DNA of 64,000 nucleotides from Selaginella moellendorffii (taxonomy: Eukaryota; Plantae; Lycopodiophyta). This document shows, piece after piece, positions 13,639 to 27,614 of the stretch. Within the stretch, counting starts at the first letter, position 1, and each line of letters begins with the position of its first letter. A program made the translations under genes and the position numbers. The stretch spans positions 186,001 to 250,000 of the forward strand of contig NW_003314317.1 in NCBI RefSeq assembly GCF_000143415.4. Reading direction: 5' to 3'. The notes under the pieces were generated by a model, which saw nothing but the letters and a program-made list of their open reading frames with translations, was not told the DNA's origin and ran no database searches.

Positions 13639-16280
13639 CTATCTCGTCGACGAGTCTTTCACGAACACCATCACTGACTGGCTGCCCAGAGCCGACGCTG
13701 CCGACTCGACATGCTGGAGGAGGAACTCGTAGATCTTCCGCTTCAATCTCGCCAGCGTTTCTACAAACTGTGGCTCCAACGAGCTCTCGCCTTTGCCGCT
13801 GCCTGTAGCGTCCAGCCAATCGTTCACTCTCTTGAGTTGCGAGAGCATCAACGCGAGCTGGCTGTTGTGTAGTTGCTGCTGTTGCTGCTGCTGCTGAGCC
13901 CCGGTTACTTGCTCGGCGTCCATAGCTCCGCTTGCTTGGAAACCATTGTCCAGTGCTTCCTCTATGTGCTTGACGAACCAGCTCTGTGCTTCCAGCTGGA
14001 GTTGCATCGCTAGCTCGGCAGTGTCCTTGAGACCGTTTCCTCTCACCCATTCCATGGCCACTGGCTCCGGTGCCGGCTTGGGAACCGATGGCTCGTTGCT
14101 ACTTGTCTTGGTGCTTGACTTTAGAGTCGATCTTGCTGGAACAGCTGCATTGCCACCGTTCTTTCGGTTCGTCGTAGAAGCTCTCAAAGGCGAGGGAGGC
14201 CTTCCGGCGACTTCTGAGCCATCGCCACCTTTTCTCTTTTCTGCCGGGACTTGTTTTTTGTTGGAAGCTGGCTGTGGCGAGGACGCTGCGTTGAAGCCTC
14301 CATCGAGAACTAGAACAGCTTGGCTAGAGCCTTTGACTGTCTTGGACGAATCCTTCTTTGTCCCGGTCTTGCTTCCTATCGGCTTGCTTGAAACTGAGAA
14401 TGCGGCCAAGTCCGTCGACAATGCCGTAGCGATCCACTGGCAGGAATTTTTGGCTTTTTCTTTGGAAATTCGCGAGGCGTCGTCCTCCGACATAGCGGCA
14501 GCAGCACTGACGGGCGACGCAGTGATGCTCGACTCCGTGTTACTCGAGTCCTCATTTTGATCCGTCTCTGTTTTCTTTGTGACTGCTAGAGCTTGCGCAG
14601 TCGTAAAAGCCTGACCAAGTCTCTGATGGAAGTCAAAAAACTGCTCCACTGATGGTTGCGGGAGTTGTGGCTTTGACGTTGAACATAACTCTGCAAACAT
14701 ACTGCACATTCAAGTTATCAATGACCAACTAAAATATGACAAGATGACGACTGTTCACCTGATGCTACGGATCACGCATTCCGCCACGGATGCCTCTTGC
14801 AAAGCCTCCGATGCAGCAGCTGAAGCCGCATCACGCCTGCGGACAGCTTCCTGAAAATAATAAAAACGAAAAGAGTAAACACGCATTCAAAAGAACACAG
14901 GGATCCGCAAACCTTTCCGAGCTCAGCCAGGTTTGCAGGGAGGGAATCCCATGAAACGCTTCCGTCCGTCCATTTCTTGCTATTGATTATGATATTGCTC
15001 TCACCGGGCTGACTCTTTTGAACAGGCTCAGGTTCCCTTGTCGACTGCCCGGATTTTGCAGCTACTCTGTTTCCCTTTCTGGGGGTTGACACCCCATCAG
15101 TCTGACTGGGAGCTGGAGCTGGAACTGGAGGCGGAGGTTCGCTTTTCTGCTTGAGCTTTGCTGAAGTTAAAACCTGTGAACAGACAGATGAATGTTAGAA
15201 ATATGTTGTAATATGCAAAATACTCACGGAACTCTTTGATACGGGAGATCTTGACGATGTCTTGGCCTTCCCTTCCTTTGATCTGACCACGCCCTCCCAG
15301 CTTTTACGCAACGTTTTCGTGCTAGCTGGAAACACTTCAATTTTTAGTGACACCCCTGATCTCCTCTTCTTTGATTCCGGTGAACTGCTAAGTTTTTTTA
15401 AACCTTTTGTAGACGCTCGAGTAGAGACAGGAGATAAAGTCGGCCTTGGCAGAGGAAGCTCGTGGTAAGGAACTTTTCTATCTTCAGAACAGCTAACCAC
15501 ATTTCGGCCTGGAAGTTTGTCTGAATTTGCCTTGGTTCCTGTACCTGCTTTGTCCTTTACTGTCACAGATAATTTCGCAGATAATTTCGAAGGCGTAGAA
15601 GCAGTGTAACTCTCGTCAAAGTCGAGCTTGGACCTAGAAGACGTTCTGTCTTTAGAAGAAACTGATCGAGATAGCCTGTCATTGCTCTTCAGAAACCCAT
15701 CCCTGTCCAGTGATTTCGATAGACTATCGGCCGTCCCTACTCTACTCAAGTGTTTTGATCCCGGATTATCCATAACAGCCCGCTCAGCAAACTTGGCTGC
15801 AACGCTTTCCGCAGAAAATGGATCAAACTTCTTCTTAGCGTTCCTGTTCATGGCATTCTCGATGGCATCCACGGTGGGAACTAAATTCGCCGGTCCACTC
15901 TTGACGTTGGGAATAACTGTAGCCACGAGGTCCTCAGGAGTACCAACGCATTGATGCCTTCCCGGAAGAGCTCTCACACCCTTGAGCAGCGGAACCGGAG
16001 ACCCGTATTCAAGCCTATCAACGTGTATAAACTGGCCGAGCTGGAGCTTGTCACTGAGAATCAAATCGTCATGCTCCTCGGCCAACGAAACATAAGTTGC
16101 ATGTGAAGAGTCTGACACCTTGAGGTAGAAACCGTGATTCGGCCAAAGCTCTCCTCCGGCTAGCGCAGGAACAATCCCAATGACTTGCAGCAAAACCGAG
16201 CGATACTCCCCTGCGACTTTGGTCTCAGAGCTCATGTTTTGCAAGAGCTTCACCAGCACCCCTGGAGTGAGGCTCGCCAT
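13639..16280 (-). CDS. DUF936 / CORD-like plant microtubule-associated protein, multi-exon
   Basis: [14 protein letters not shown]...[39 protein letters not shown]; C-terminal [13 protein letters not shown] and [18 protein letters not shown]; short polyQ near 13870-13895. Confidence 0.9.
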
Positions 16281-17687
16281 GGCTGTGAAAAAACTCCTGT
16301 CCCTGTTTCCCTGTCCCGTGAATTCTAGCTTCTACTGACCCTGTAGATCCAATCTCGAGGCCGCGAGCGCATCACGCAGTCCATATATCTCGCTTCCGAA
16401 CTTTCCCCCAATTGGAAGCTAGAACGAGAGGTGAATACCTGGTCAGCAGCAGTGAGCCTTATGCCCTTTCAGATCCACACGCATCCAAGACGAGGCTCGA
16501 AGGAATTACTCCTGCGCAAACAAAACAGCAAAGACGAGACCACGTCAAGACAGGCATTGAGCAAAAGCCTTAAGACGATCTAACAAGCCTTTGAAGATTC
16601 AAAGCACAGGAAAAACAAAAAACAAAAAAAAAACCAGGAAGAGCAAAAAAAAAGGAGAGAGTGTTGTTACACCATCTCCTTCACGAACTGCGCCGCATTT
16701 GCCTCGGCAAGCCCAGAGTTACCAACCATAGCCAGAAAAGTACGCGCGGGGAGGATAGAAAAAAGAGGCCGGGAATGAGATTTTTGACAGCAACACTTTC
16801 CTAGAGCGCGGATAAAACGAGCTCCGCGCTGCGACGTTTGCCAGGACGAGCAGGCACTAAACACCAAAATGCCCTCCTTTACGAGACACCGCTCACAGAA
16901 ATTACCAGAGCTAGAGCAAGCATGGATTTGCGAGGAGTGCTCTAGCTGCCTCACATCGCTAAGCAGGGATTTGCAGAGCTCCCATCATGAATGCTTGCTT
17001 GCAGCGCGCGCGAGAGAGCGCGAGAGAGAGGAGGGAAGACGCGACGCGACTGATTACCGCAAGAGCACTCTCCTTAGCTTACCTTAGCTGCAAATCACGC
17101 AAGAAATGCTGCTTCCAGACGGCGCCCGATCCGACATCCCTAGCTCGCCATCGCCGCCGATCGCCGCCTCCGCCTGCCTCGACGCCACGAATCGCGAAGA
17201 AACTCCGCCCAGGGTTTCGCGATTTCCCACGCGATCGAAAGAAAAACTCTAGCGAAATATTTTGGCACAATTAAACACGCAACCGCGACTGGAGCGCAAG
17301 CGTTTGGGGTCCTTAACCACGACAGTCACGGCGACTAGTCGCTCGCGACTCTTCCACGTGTCGGGCATTGACTCGCCAGTCCGGGCTAATCATACGAGCG
17401 CCTCCAATCGTCGTGCGTACGAAATTCGAGCTAGCTATACATCCATGCCATACAGGGCCCATGCATCTATATCCACGGTGGCTAATGAGTTCACGCGTCG
17501 CGATCCAACGGTCCACGTCACGGGGCCTGCCCCACAGACAAAAGAGAGTGATGTGGACCGGCGAATGTGCGTTGCTAGCTAGCATTGCAAAAAGCCTTGA
17601 GTTTAATCATAGGAATCTTTGTATCCTAAGCTTCTTTAGTTCTAATAAATAGAAGGATTGTTTCACTAGAATTTAGGGTTTATATTC

Positions 17688-18710
17688 GTGGAATCGCACG
17701 CTCTGGACGATCTTATAACTCGCCTTCTCAAACGGTCGGGCGAGCCAGTCCCAATGACTGAGCAGGAGATTGAGAACTTATGTGACAGTGCCGCACAAAT
17801 CTTTTTATCGGAGCCATCACTGCTCGAGCTTAACGCTCCCATCGTCGTGTGTGGTACGTTCCATCTTAGGTTTAAATTAACCATGTGGAATCTTGTAAAA
17901 CCTTAAAATTTTAGGTGACATCCATGGGCAATACAGGGACTTGCTCAAGATCTTCAACATTGGAGGCTTTCCTCCCAGATCAAACTATCTCTTCCTGGGG
18001 GATTACGTCGATCGGGGCAACCAAAGCCTAGAAACCATTTGTTTGCTGCTCGCGTACAAGGTCAAGTATCCACAGAACTTCTTCTTGCTGCGGGGAAACC
18101 ACGAAGACTCACAGGTCAACAAAGTATTTGGCTTCTATGACGAGTGCGTGGGGCGCTACAAGAGCGAGGATGTTTGGAAGTGTTTTAAGCGATGCTTTAA
18201 GTGCCTCCCCATTGGAGCGTTGATCGGGAAGAAGATCCTGTGCGTGCATGGAGGCATCTCGCCGGAGTTAGATTCCCTGGACCAGATTAGAGATATTACA
18301 AGGCCAGTGGACGTTCCAGAGAGTGGGCTATTGACGGATTTGCTATGGTCGGATCCATGTACGTGGGGAAACGGATGGAACCATAGTTTGCGTGGATGCA
18401 GCATGACGTTTGGCCCAGACCTTGTGAAGGAGTTTACTGCCAAGCACGGTTTGGATCTTATATGCAGAGCTCATCAAGTACGTGAATATTTCTACCCTTT
18501 ACCTTTCATCTTGTGGTTAATTTCTAGGTTGCGAACGATGGATATGAGTTCTTTGCAGATGGCAAGCTTGTGACGATTTTTTCGGCTCCATGTTATATGA
18601 ATAAGAATAATTTGGCTGCTATCATGATAGTGGATGAGAGACTGTTGTGCTCTTATAAAACATGGGCTAAATGGTCCCAAACCAATTGTGACTCTGTCAC
18701 GTTGGTGTAA
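17688..18710 (+). CDS. Divergent PP1-like (PPP family) Ser/Thr phosphatase; start codon uncertain
   Basis: GDIHGQ, GDYVDRG, LRGNHE, HGG, DLLWSDP and RAHQ present over three exons. SAPNY is replaced by SAPCY. GTG at 17688 lies where the ATG is expected. Confidence 0.8.
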
Positions 18711-18719
18711 TAATTTGTT

Positions 18720-21700
18720 GTGTGTTCCATACAGCTATTTAGTTTGCTCACTGATCAATTAGAAGTTTAAAATTATAAATATGTTTATAATTATAACACA
18801 AAATTAATTTTATTACATATCAACCATTATATAATAGAATAAACTAGAATGTACTATTTAGGAGAGTTATGATAAACATGTTTATAAATTATAAATACAA
18901 GATTATTCTAAATTGTTAGATCCTAGAATATCTAAGCATACTCAAGGTACTACCTTGCTTAAATAAATTAAAAATCAAATTTTATAATTGTGAGCTCAAA
19001 GTGTATAGCTATGATGCCATATGCTAATATTAATAACTATACATTAAAATTAGCATGGTAGGATTTTGATAGCCTTTTGCTCCTATATATAAGTTAGGTT
19101 TTTGAGTTAATTGATATATACATTTCTATATTCCCTTTCCATATTTCATGCACTCACATTGGTGGAAATGAAGGGCAATTTTAATTGTCTTTGAAGAGTG
19201 CTTGGTTTGGGATTTTGGTTTAGATCTAGCTTTTACGTTATTTAGATGTCACTTTTTTATAACTTTTTCAATTTTTTCGCTTTTATTTTTTTCCTTTTTT
19301 TTCGTTCATCTTCATGGCAGAGCAGCAACTTCCTCCTCCTTTGACTTTGGAGTAATAGTTAGTGTAATTGTTTAATGCTATGCAGTTGTAGTTGAATAAT
19401 CAAATTCAATTGATGGCAACACTCATGGCACATAGTACAATTCTTTCTGCTCTTGCTGCTAATCTTTGCATTTGGCAGAAGTTCTTCCATGAGAATCCTA
19501 AGGATGATGAGTACCATTGGTTCAATCACATTATGGTGATTGCCACATATCATTGTTGAGATGATCCTCAACATTTGAGTGAATTTCCCACATGTCTCCA
19601 AAGGACAGTTGCAATGGTATAATAGTTTGAGCACAACTACTTATGCGAATTAGAGTACTTTCTTGGATGTCATCAAACATATATTTGGACATGCTGACGA
19701 TTGTAATAATATCTTTCAGCAAATGCATCATCTTCGTCAAGGGCTATTTGATTTAGTGATGCAATTTGGCATTTGTTTCCAAAACTTTTTATTTTGTGCA
19801 GAGCTCAATATGTTGGAAAGGATCATATTGGGAATATTGTTGTTAGCACTTTGTCAAAATCTTAAAAGATTTATGCATGCACTTGTTCTAACCACTCTTG
19901 ATGATGCTTTTCCCTTGGTACAACATTATAAGTCATCACCTCTTCCACTTTTCCAGCTCCACTTCTTATGGGAGATGATCCTATTCCAATTGAGGTTAAT
20001 ACTACTATTGCCCAAGACAAGGGCAAGGATGTGATTGTGATAATAATATCCATTACTGGGTGTGTGATGAGATTGGTCACACATATCAACATTGTTAACA
20101 TTATCCAAATTAACATATTCCATTTTTTGGGTGGAGACTTAAGCCCCAATTCCGGAATAGGACTAATAGAGGTTGTGAGTGAGACTCTTCCAAATGCTTG
20201 GAGGTATGGTTAAGTGACTAAAGTAGAATGGAAAATTTAATTTGCTTACACTAACATGGTGTGGAACTTAGGTTTAGACCCAAGTCAAATATAGAACTAG
20301 GATAAACACACAATCGGGAGCTAAACTATGCCTTAAGTTAGTCAGTTATACCCAACCTGCTTGCTATCTCTATATCTCCTTACTATATATTTAGAACCCC
20401 TCCCATAACCCCCCTCCTCCCCCCCCTTGAAGAATGCATGCTTTGGGCTTTCACCTTTAGCCATCTTTAGTACTAAGAGTTAGTCTCTGGGACTAATTTA
20501 AAACTTACTAAATATGGAATAGTGCTAGATTGTGAATTTGGCATGGAATGAATACTATTGTGTTTAGAATAATCTCTACATTCCATAGATATACCAAATT
20601 AGCAAATTTAAACACTTTTTATAAATAGCAATTAGGATTGAACAAGAAAAACACAAGGTGCATGATAGCAAGGGTGTTTGGCAGATATGGTAAGTTATCA
20701 TTTAGCAAATATTGAGTAAATGAACGTTATAACCTTTTTCCAAAACCTTATAAACAAATTTTAAGGAATCAAGGTACCAACTCAAGCTTAGCATAATGGA
20801 TCATCATTGAGAACCAAGTCAAAACTACTTCAATGCTACTTATTGCAAGTAGACTATCTTCACTATCAACCACTTTAGGGTTGATCATTGTTTAACCAAA
20901 CAACTTCGTAAACACATTGCTCATTATCATATGAATATAATATAAAATCACAATGATTTGATCATTAATCAAGCAACACCTATATCATTACTTCAAAGGT
21001 TTATGTGAATATCAAGTGCCAGCTCAATTTGATAAAATGCAACATAAATACCACATCCCATTAATAAAGATTTACAACACCTACCACCACTAATTTTTGT
21101 TCACAATATTGACAAGCTCATGCCACTCTCTTTCCGACCAAACACAAAACTTATCCAACACCAAGTTACTCAAGGAACAATAGCAAAGTTCCCTAAAAAA
21201 GAATTAAGCATTGCAACCCACGTCTTCAATAATAAGCCTAGACAAAATGGGTTAGCTCTTCACCCATCCCACAACTCACCATTTGTAAGACCATTATAAT
21301 CGACACACATCAAGGTAAAGACTCTTGATTGCATGATATGAACACAAGTAATAAGTTAACACCTCATTGCAAATCATCTTTCCAAAAAGAGAAAATAATT
21401 TATGTGTTTGATCCTTTGTCCTTGAGGACTCTCTTTTCAGTCTCATCTTTGACCAAACTTCAATCTTGCTTTTGCACTGCCTTTAGTTCAATCCAAGAAA
21501 AGTTTATGAGAGAGCATGGTAATGATTATTTGAACCAGTAGACTAATCCTTACAATCTTGATTGATCCACTCATAATCATGCATAGAAAGGATCCACTAG
21601 TGCCATGCTAAATAACTATGGACTAACTTATTTGCCACTCATAACAAACCCAGAGAAGGTTTATTTTTACCCATGGTACAAAGAACAACTCATGAAAACT

Positions 21701-24700
21701 ACCAATAGGCTAATATTATTCCTACTAACTCAAAGTTCAACTTTGAGTTGCTAATGTGCCTCACTCATAAGCCCAAGCACAAACTCATGCAAAATGTTAT
21801 ATCTTTGTCCATCTTATGAGCCCAAAAGCAAGCTTATATATTACGGTACAAAAAGGTAACCAAAATCCATATCCAAGGAACAACTACGAAGTCTTAGCTA
21901 CCAAACGTGTATCCACTCAAATTGTCATTTTCATCTCTATGTATACAACGAGACTAGTTGCCTAATCTCATTAAGTAAAACTTACTGAAACTCATCCTTT
22001 AATACCAAATGTAATACATGTGGTTTTCACCCTTTATCCTATAGTGGTTTACCCTAGGATAACCATGAACTTAAACCCTTTATATGTCACGTGTCACATG
22101 CCATGTGTCCAAAGGACAATGGTGTGGAACCCAAGTTTCAAGGCCTTGGGCCATTAAACAAAGGTACGGAGCCAAACTTTTAAACATAGAGCTAAGGAGT
22201 GACAGAATTAAACCACAAAGCAACTCTTGAGCATATAATTCAAGGAGTGACGGAACAAAAGCACGAAGTGACTTGGAACAGTCTTAAAGCATCTAGCATT
22301 CCAATGCTAAGACCAATATGCAAAACGGAGCCAAATAAAATTTAGTGTTATTTCAATATACCAGTGGTCTAATGCAAAGATATGGGTACTCCATTAGCTA
22401 CCATAGTGTGAAGTTTGGTCTTAGACCCAAGCCAGATGCTGAATAAGGATAGGCATACAAGCGGGAGCTAAACTATACCTCAAATTGGTTAGATATGCCC
22501 AATTTACCCACTATCTCTACTACATATTTTGGAACCCCCCCCCCTCTTCCCCTTGAGAAACACATGTTTTGGGCCTCCACCCCAAGCCTCCCTTAGTACC
22601 AAGAGATAATCTTTGGGACAAGCTCCAAATTTACTAAATATGGAATGTCTTTAGATTGCGAATTTCGACACAGGACGAACACCATTGTGTTCAAGACAAT
22701 CTCTATATTCCGTAGATTTGCCAAATGAGCCAATTTAGCACTTTCCATAAATAACATTTGGGACTGAAATGAGACTAACATAAAAGGCATGATAGTGAAG
22801 GTGTTTGGTAGGCATGGTAAGCTATTATCCAATGTTATTGAGGGACAAGTCTCAATACGTGAGGGTTCTTGTTAACCCAATATAAAATAGAGCAAAAGAG
22901 AACTAAGAGCCAAGCCAAGTATGCTCAGCTAGAAACACATAGGAGTTCCTACCTTATGTCCATCTAGTTAAGTATAGCCATTTTACCAATACTTGAACAA
23001 GAGGGGTTGATAAAGAGAACCAGCCTGCTGTCGTGGCAATAAGGAAAGAATATCTAAAAGGATTAGCCGACAGGTAACTTTCGATATCTGAAGTTACATT
23101 TGTGACATTAAGGAAGATCGACATCCTTGTCAATACATATTTTAGTCTATAACACCACCAAGGAAATAACTCTAGAAAAAGTTCATGATGTTCACACTTT
23201 GTGAGAAATGCACCAATTAAAATGAGATAGGGTAACCTCTCAGACACTCAAACACTTTCCGGCCATCACCGACAAGGAAATGATCAACAGAGTTAGCCAC
23301 CCTTACAAATAAGTTATCATCCGATAAACCAATATTAAAGTATAGGAACCACCAAGATCATTATAATTGGAAAACATAAGATTCACCACCCACCTTACAA
23401 AAGTGTGATACACCCCTATCTACAGGGATATAGAGAGAGAAGCTAGAGGCCCCATTCCACCTGAGCAAAGAAATCAAATCTGTCAGTAAGGTTTAGATAA
23501 ACTATTGTAAACAAGTAATTAGAATTATTTACACAGTTACGCCCTTTTAATGAAATAAGGAATAACAACAAAGAAGTGGGTGATGTGACCAATCAATAGT
23601 AGCTACCTTATGACTAAACATTTCACCATGCACCCAAAGTGTCAAAACTAATCTGCCTTTATTAGCCCAAACCCAAAGATTAATAAATGGACAATATCAA
23701 AGTCAAAGATAATGATATTTTAAAGAATTAATTACCAATGAATCACAAAAGTATTCCAAGTATGTTATCATCTGATAAACCAATATTAAAGTATACGAAC
23801 CACCAAGATTATCATAATTAGAAAACATAAGATTCACCGTCCAACAAAATTTAATAGTAAATGTATCATCAAAAACACTCAATGATAGAATCTAACTATC
23901 AAAAACTACAAACAATATGCTAAATAACTTACGAAAGATAACTCAAAGAACACAGAATATTATCAATTAGCAAGCAAAATGCTACTCAATGGAAATAATA
24001 TTCAATTTATTAAAACCAACTATAGCAATAATCAATATAATAGAATGAATGCTGCAATACTAAGAAACACTCATTTATGCTAATTATCGCATTAGGTAAT
24101 CTGAATAGATCCTAATTAACAATACGAAGGAATTCAAATTTCTTAAGCAAGAGCTAGCAATATCCTACTGATTTCTCAAACCCAATAAACTAATCCAAGG
24201 TAAACCACAAAGAATATGTAGTAATGTGAAAAGCCATAAGGTATCAAAGAGAACAACAAACTATCATGAAAAATCATTAATCATCCTATCAATAAAGAAA
24301 TGTAGAATCATCATTGAAGAGAGAATCCACCATCCCGAAGAACAATAAATCATTCTAGATTAACAATAATCAAGTAAACCCTTTGACAAAAATAATCAAC
24401 TATCCTAAATGATAGTTAATCATCTCCAATGATTGCTATATATGAAGGCTAATTTCAACAATGAAGCTAATATGCCAGAATGCTTTCCCTAATAACTTCT
24501 AACAAATGAAACATTAAATATACAACTCAAAGAACCAAAAGTTTGAAGAAATTTATATATAATTCTTGCCTAACAATGATCACGAGTCTCTCATGAACTA
24601 AGTTCAATGCTAAAAAAGAAATTATGGTACAACCCATAATATCCTTCTCAACACATCCATAAGCTAAATTTCATAATACAAAGCTAATGAAGGGCATATT

Positions 24701-26570
24701 TGCATTAATCCAAAAGTCAAGCATAATAAAACTATACTCAATAAGTGATCACAAATGATCTTCCATGAATCCATTTTCTATAGCAAGACATAACTCACTT
24801 CATAATAAGCATAAGAAAAATCATCAATGATCGATATATCCCCAACTCAAATCCATCAAGTTTTCAAAAGCTACAACTCAAGCATTAACACTATTTGTAT
24901 CAAAATTAATGAAACTCAATATCAATCCTCGGAGAAACATCTCATTTCACTTGAATCTTAATATAAACAATGTCAACAATAAGGCATCACTTCATTGTCA
25001 TCAATACTAAAAGAAAGCTAGAAGAAAACAAGAGTGAATCACCACTCTAAACACTTTAGCAACCAAGCTAATTAAAGTCAAAAATACTTTACTTAGTATC
25101 CAAAACTAAACTTTCAACAAAACTTACTTATAGATAACACATCATCAAGGGGTGATTCACCATGTCCAAAACTCAATGTAATCTAACACCACAAACTAAA
25201 TGCAACTAAATGATATAGACAAAGATGGAATCAATATGCCAACATAGGAAAACCATGCAAGTTTAATGATATAATCCTTTACAACATTATCCTGTAAAGC
25301 AAATCTATTATTCCTAAATCATCATCGAACAAAGCAAGTGTCAATAGTTTTTGATGAAATTTACAAACAGTTATTAGTTGCAAAGTAACCAACAATCATC
25401 TTCAACTTACCTTTAACAAAACCCAAACACTAAACTTACGTCATTAAGTTATGTACTTTTTTAACAAAAAGGTACATTCTAGGTACCAAATATACAAACA
25501 TGGACTAAATGACCACGCGAATCAAGTCGAACCGCAATAAGCCTACCAACACGTTTAGCCAATAGCTCTGAGTATGCCTTGAAAAAGCTAGTTATACATG
25601 ATCAACACTCAGTTGAAACTAAAGTAAAAACCATAAGATGAACTCAAATGGTACATAATCTCCTCATAGACAAAGGTATAGTATAGGTACTAACATCTCA
25701 ACTTTAAACAACTAAGTTGGACATCACCACACTCAACCAAGGTGCAAAGCTACTAAAACTAAGTCAAGATTAGTGAGAGCTTATTACACTCATAGAGTTT
25801 AACAAAATGCAAAGTGCAACCTGCCACCTAGTATAATGTTATAGAAAAAAGGCATAAGGGTCACATTTCTAAAAAAGCGTATGGCCACTTTTTTCATCAA
25901 CTCTAGAATTTATTTAACTCAATTGCCTTAGCCCTAAAAGTCAGCATCCCTTTCGAGTTGCATCATACAAACTATATACTAAGATTTAAGCTAACCAAAA
26001 TTAACTTCAACCCCTTCACTAGTTTTTATTAGCTTGAAAACAGAATGGTTTTTGAGCAAAATGATTAACAAATCAACCATTAGAAAAACCTATGAAAATT
26101 TCCATCCTAGAGAAAAAATGACTCTCATTCTAGGAATATAAACAATCAAACTTAATCAGCTTCCTCCTATTAACAACCTCACATAAATTCATCTCAATAT
26201 AAATTCTCATGACCTAATAGTATGTTTAAGTATTGAATATCTTGCCTATATTTCTGAAATCCAACATCTGTAAAATGCAAATGAATACCCAAGACTTGAT
26301 CATGAAGACTATACCTTCAAATATCCACATTACAATAACACTTTTCTTCAATCATTTTCAAGATTTAATGTAAAGCCAAAACACTAACAAGAAAAATGTA
26401 ATGAAAATTCAAGCTTTAAGGAAAGTTCTTTATCACTCAGCATAACAATACCATTTCCACTAGCACAAGTGCTAGTGATGTCAATGCTTAAACTACACAC
26501 CTTCTTCATCTAACAATCTACTCCAAGTATTAACAGATAAACTAACAAGTCATAGCAAGTGAATGTTATA
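18720..26570. mobile_element. AT-rich, heavily decayed transposon-derived sequence
   Basis: Abrupt GC drop, CpG depletion, no intact ORFs, fragments of LTR-like repeats; ~80-bp direct duplication at ~23315-23390 and ~23765-23840. Confidence 0.55.
20230..22840 (-). mobile_element. Old short (non-autonomous?) LTR element: LTR-like blocks at ~20230-20730 and 22010-~22840, ~1.3 kb internal region
   Basis: Minus strand reads ...TTACA-TT-TGGTATTAAAG (iMet-type PBS, ~21997-22007); PPT-like GGAAAAAGG at ~20732-20740; the two flanking blocks are similar to each other; a second copy lies at ~54036-56735. Confidence 0.55.
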
Positions 26571-27161
26571 ACCCTTTTATAAGGAACTAACTCCCCGAGG
26601 TGTCAAAGGCTAAAGGATCCCTTAGAGCATAACCAAAATGATAAAGAATTCATCAGATGAGACCAAGTTCAAGATCAAGTTCGAGACAAAGTTCGAGACC
26701 GAGTCCGAAATCCGAGATCGGGTCTGAGACCAAGTCCAAAATCGAGTTCGAGATAGAGTCCAAGGTCGGGTCCAAGATCAAGTCCAAGACCGAGTTCAAG
26801 GTCGAGTCCAAGATCAAGTTCGAGATCAAGTCCAAGACTGAGCTGGTGTGTTTGGTTGCTTGTGCTGCAGAGAGTGTAACCAAACCTTAAATCCAGTTTA
26901 ACCTAGGGATGGGGATTGAGAGAGATTTGGGAATCCATAGATGGATGGCTAACTCTCTGTTGCTCGTGTAGTGAGTAGCTAAAACCAAGTAGGAGCTGCT
27001 ACAATAGGCAAGAACCTTGGTGAGGGAACTTAGCTAAGGTTAAGGCAGTGTTGGTCGGATAGACGAGGTAAAATGGCAAATTGGAAAAGAAAAATTTGTG
27101 GCTTACAATTTGGTATTGGAGCCTTTTCCTCAATTCTAGAGGCGGATTGCTGGGAGATGGC

Positions 27162-27614
27162 CATAGTTACGAACACGAACACGGAACACGAACACGAGCC
27201 TCAGATTTCAGGAACCCGAACACGGAACACAATCACGGCCCACGATGGCTCACAAATATTCTACTGAATATTCTAAGAATATGTTATTTAAAAATTATAT
27301 TCTATTTCTTATTATATTATTATAGGAATGATTTCGCGAAGAAGGATGCTTTCGCAGTATGCTGGATTGCTGCGCCATGCTTGTTTGCCTTGGATTGCTG
27401 CTGCTGTGCCCTGAAATGGTGCGCCCTGGCTGGATTGTCGTGTGATGCCGTGCGCCCTAAAACCAGAATATTCCGCGCGAGAATATTCTGAACAGTGGTC
27501 CGTGTTACTAACACGGACCACTGTTCACGAACACGGCCGTGGGAACACGACCCATGGCCGTGTTCGTGAAACACGGTGAACACGGCCGGGATCCCAGCCG
27601 TGTTCGTAACACTG
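27162..27614. mobile_element. hAT-type MITE (453 bp)
   Basis: 8-bp TSD GAGATGGC (27154-27161, 27615-27622); TIR CA(TA/GT)GTTACGAACACG; subterminal AACACG repeats; no ORF. Confidence 0.9.

Noticed and set aside
19300-20220. Possible degenerate gag-like remnant
   Set aside because: Only weak resemblance (TTLDDA) with many stops; cannot be supported without a profile search
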